DNA from: Pocillopora damicornis
Lineage: Eukaryota
Assembly (NCBI RefSeq): GCF_003704095.1
Contig: NW_020843703.1
Coordinates: 62,001 to 126,000 of the forward strand
DNA: 64,000 nucleotides
Direction of reading: 5' to 3'
How positions within the stretch are numbered: the first letter of the stretch is position 1; every line of letters begins with the position of its first letter. The notes under the pieces were generated by a model. That model was not told the origin of the DNA and did not search any database. It saw only the letters and a list, made by a program, of their open reading frames with translations. The position numbers and the translations under genes were made by a program. This document shows positions 60,122-64,000 of the stretch, in pieces.

Positions 60122-62955
60122 TCAGCGAATAAACACATTTCCGTGTGGATTTTGTATATTCTTCAATCCTCTGTCAGAGTTTTGCCCACAGGGGTCATGC
60201 GTTGGCCAGTTATACCTTGTGCAGCCATCAAAGTAATAATGAAAAGAATCACTAAAAAAACTTGGTCCACAGTATCTGCCAAAATATCGAAAAAAATGTG
60301 TGGGTGGCGGCCCATCTGGGCAATGTTCAGTGATGCTCTTGATGATCTTACAATTTACAGGCCCGTCCGACCACTTGGCTAGATTTCCGTCTCCAGATGA
60401 GCAAATTATCCAATTGTTGATGTTGCTTTTGACCAAAATTTCCTCTCCAAAAATTTTCCATTTAGAAAATTCGAACGCATTGAAGTCCGTTTCACTCAAG
60501 GGTGGGTTTTTAGATACGGTGACGTCTACGCGACTTGGTATGAAGACATGCCAATTGGGTCGGGGTGTTATTGCATTAGAGCTTGCTTGAAAATTTGAGT
60601 AGTTAGTAAAGGTGTAACTCCAAACCAATGTCCAGTTTCCTCCATCAGTTTCCATCTCGCAGTAAGCTTTGAAAGAGTTGTCTCGGGACCCGCTATCTAC
60701 ATCGAGCCAATAGACACCACTGGGAAAGTTGAATGAAGATAGAGACTTGCAAGAGGAAACAGCGAGTTCCTTGGTGGAGCCAAAAGCTGGAAGTTAAATC
60801 ACGTAAGTACAGTGAGTGATAGATATTTGAAGAATTTGCTTTATGAATGCAACATTTTGCAATACTTGAAAACTGGACCACACGTACCTTGACAAGTTTT
60901 ACCATCACCACTATATCCAGATTTGCAATTGCAGTGAAATGATCCCATAACATTTGAACAATCAGCGTTCGGAGAACAGTCGTGAGTAGCCACCGCACAT
61001 TCGTTAACATCTGGACAAGAATTATATAATTAAATAGTTATTTTCAAAGAAAATTTTTGTCTTATGTCAAGTGTAACGAAGTAATAAAAAGCGAAAGCAA
61101 CTGAAATGCATGTGTATGTTGATTATCTCACCTAATTCACAAGTTTCCCCATGATAACCCTCTGGACAAATGCATCGGTATCCATGAGCCCCAAATCCTG
61201 CTTGACATGTCGAGTTAAGTTTACATGGACTGCTTTGGCAAGCGTTCTAGAAGTTAACACGAGATGATATATCTACGATAAGAACAGACTGTTCTCGAAT
61301 GTCTATGCTACTCCGGATTGTGGGGTATAATTTGAAGCAGCCAAATATTCGGAAGAAACTTCGGTTAGGTAAACATCTAACCATAAATTGGTAGCATGAA
61401 ATTTTTAGAATATGCTGCTACAAGCCCTGACTCGTTTGTGAATGGAGATAAGCGGATACCTACTTCCTTACAATGGAGTCAATAGGAAAGACTTTAACAT
61501 TACTTACAGCTGTGATTAGACTGTAGATATAATCTTCTTTTGCCTTTAAGTCATTGGCAGGGACTTGTGAATGGGTCTTATCGCTTAGTTCACAGAGTAG
61601 GTTTCCATCTGCTGATGGCCCATAGTTGTAGGAAACGCAATTTGGATCCTGGTAACATTTCAGTTCGCAGGTATCTCTGTCAAATACCTGTTCACTTTTT
61701 ATGATATGGTTCGTTAGAGCCACATTTTGTTTTTGTTCTCTGAACTGAATCATGCGACATCCATCTAGAAGGAACAAACATTGTTTAGTCAAGAATAAGC
61801 CTATATCCGCTGAGATTTACGTGATCGTTTGGATGTAGCTAGGGTAGGCACCTTCTTGCACAGCAGTGTCCCATAGTTCAAACGGAAAATTTAATATTCC
61901 TTTGAAATCTATGAGCTGATTAGGGTCCGGTTGATTATCAATGTATCAAAGATTAACCCTTTTGCGATGTTAATTATGGGACAAATTTTTAAAACGGTTT
62001 GAGACGCTAGCAATAATCGACCAGATGATAGTCTTCAAAGGGAATTATATGACTATTCACGACAATTTGCTGAAAAATTCAAGACCTAATTAACAGATGA
62101 AATATTGATGATTTCTGGGAACGATTGCAATGAACTCAGATAAAGCTAGATTCAATACATTTGCGTCTGTTGAGTGCATGTTAGACAGTTGTTTGTTGGG
62201 GGTGAAGTTGTGCGTACTGAAATTTCTTTGCGATCCTTCCAGGATCCAAACCACAAATGACGTATATAAAAATTAAAATCAATAGAATATCCAAAATTTG
62301 CATGTCAGCCAATTTGTTCAAGTGTTAATTGAAATCATTTTTCTTTTGTGAGGCTCACAATGCGGGAATAATCGGGATGGTGTATCTAGAAACATGAGCT
62401 CGATAGCCAAATGACAAAAGGTTGCCAAAGTTGTTAAGCAGGATAGTTGAGTTTCATGAATGGAACAACAGTTACTTTCTATCTTTCATTAGTCTTGCTT
62501 TCAATTAAAAATAGCAAGGATTAATTCCATACCATGAAACACGAAAGGCGCACAAAAAGAGGAAAATCATAGTGTTAAAAAACAAATAAGAAATCTCCAA
62601 TAATGTAGGCTAAGCACTTCCTTCAGAGGCTTTTTCCTAAATTCTTTCCCGATTTCCTTTCTTTTGTTACACATCCTTAAAATAACTGACTGATTCACCA
62701 CTCTGAGAGTTGAGAATGAGTTATGAATAAACATCAAATGCGAAGAGGGGCAGATCTTTTTTCTGTGTTTCTTTACCATCGCCAGCGTTGAATGTAAATC
62801 CAAGGTTAATCTGCTTCCACCTCACAACGATTAATTAACGGAAATTTTGTGGAAAACTTACCTCCATGTGCTAAAAAAAGAAGGATGAGCCATACAGGAT
62901 TTAAACAAATAGTTTTAAAACAGAGAATTGTGACATTTCTTTCATCACAGCCCAT
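60122..62955 (-). CDS. Secreted PAN-like + EGF + calcium-binding EGF + fibrinogen-N-subdomain-like/unknown C-terminal domain protein (gene C)
   Basis: Exons 62955-62862 (hydrophobic [11 protein letters not shown]; an in-frame upstream ATG at 63000 is also possible), 61764-61508 ([15 protein letters not shown]), 61246-61132 (EGF), 61010-60888 (DVNEC cbEGF), 60786-60122 ([28 protein letters not shown]). All phases are consistent. Confidence 0.85.
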
Positions 62956-64000
62956 CTTAACACAACAAGGAGAACGAAGTTGCCACTGATTGTTAACCAT
63001 CACCTGACAAGGTAAATGATGGGAAATGATTAACATAATTAAATGAAGAAATTTCGGGACAATAACGAAAAAGAAACAAAACAAAGAAATTGCCGGAGGC
63101 TAGCAGGGATAATAAACTCGAGTCGGTGTCAAGAGGAGCACAATGTGTTCTGTCGGCGAGAGAAGAACAAATTGTGGGGATTGACCTGTTTTCTCTTCTT
63201 GACGTTTGCAATTAGTTGTCCCAGTAGGATGGTGGTAAGAATTTTGAACAATCCGATGAAAAAACATATAGCAAACAAAGATTCAAGAAATGAAAAGTAG
63301 GTTTGAAAAATAATGCAAATAAAAACAAAAAAAATAGTTTCTCAAAAAGGTTTGCAGTTCTTAGATTCATGTTTTTCTGAAGAGGGTGAAGTTTGAGGGT
63401 GAGACTTGATTTCATTCACAAAGCCCCTTAATTTAGTCTGCTCTGTGGAAAATTGTTTCCAGCTTCGCTTAAAACTAGCTGTAGAGAGAGTATTGCTGAA
63501 ACACGATACTCTCAATGGCTAGTTGTAAAGGTAATTATAAGTTTTGATTTTCTAAAACCTTGGGCCGAATATTTAAACAAAGTTAAGCCGTGCTCTACTC
63601 GACATCAAGACAACTCGACTTCTCCATTCGTGAGTTATCAAGTTGAACACTCGAAGAAAAATTCCATATCTATTTGCGCTCATGTATCATTCTCTATTTA
63701 TCACATGCCAAGCGAAATTACTAAATGTTTATTAGCTGCGATAAGGGTATTTGTTCCTAATCACGAGAGCTCTTAGTATAAAAAGGCTATGATTATTGAA
63801 TTCTGACCATTTAAACGAAGGGTCATTGAGGTCGTAACTTTTTCACAATAACAGATGCCCGTTTTGTTAAACGGAAAGTACGTTTATAGAAATACTTTTG
63901 AGCAGTATGCGAAAAGAATAACCTAATAAAAAAAGAATATGAAATTTAAAACATGTCAGAGGTAAACACGTTCTATAATTTGCCTTCGTAGCATTTAAGT

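Noticed and set aside
1-64000. CRISPR arrays, rRNA/tRNA genes, prokaryotic operons, autonomous transposons
   Set aside because: None seen. The DNA is spliceosomal-intron-rich, the repeats lack repeat-spacer structure, and there is no transposase or reverse transcriptase ORF.

Overview
AT-rich, intron-containing animal DNA, most likely a stony coral or other anthozoan (inferred from the intronless orphan GPCRs, PAN-EGF proteins and repeat types). There are two N-gaps. Left to right the window holds: a near-identical tandem pair of intronless NRY-type (melatonin-receptor-like) class A GPCRs; an SZRD1-like gene (- strand, missed by the ORF track) head-to-head with an ACOT7-like acyl-CoA thioesterase, with only 67 nt between the start codons; two paralogous ERF-type orphan GPCRs; two secreted PAN-like/EGF/C-type lectin genes plus an orphan duplicated PAN exon; a complete 26-27-exon phospholipase C-eta gene (- strand); and a secreted PAN-like/EGF/cbEGF protein ending in a fibrinogen-like-then-unknown domain. 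The main observations are: (1) the PLC-eta gene has two minor-spliceosome (U12-type) introns, one with non-canonical AT-AG ends; (2) a very compact symmetric bidirectional promoter in which both ATGs sit in a TISU/YY1-like context; (3) a phase-matched signal/PAN/EGF exon cassette joined to interchangeable C-terminal recognition domains; (4) SZRD1, ACOT7 and PLC-eta are linked, as their human homologues are on 1p36; (5) a chimeric local duplication and several nested MITE insertions. All gene models were read by hand from splice sites and phase continuity; no database searches were run.
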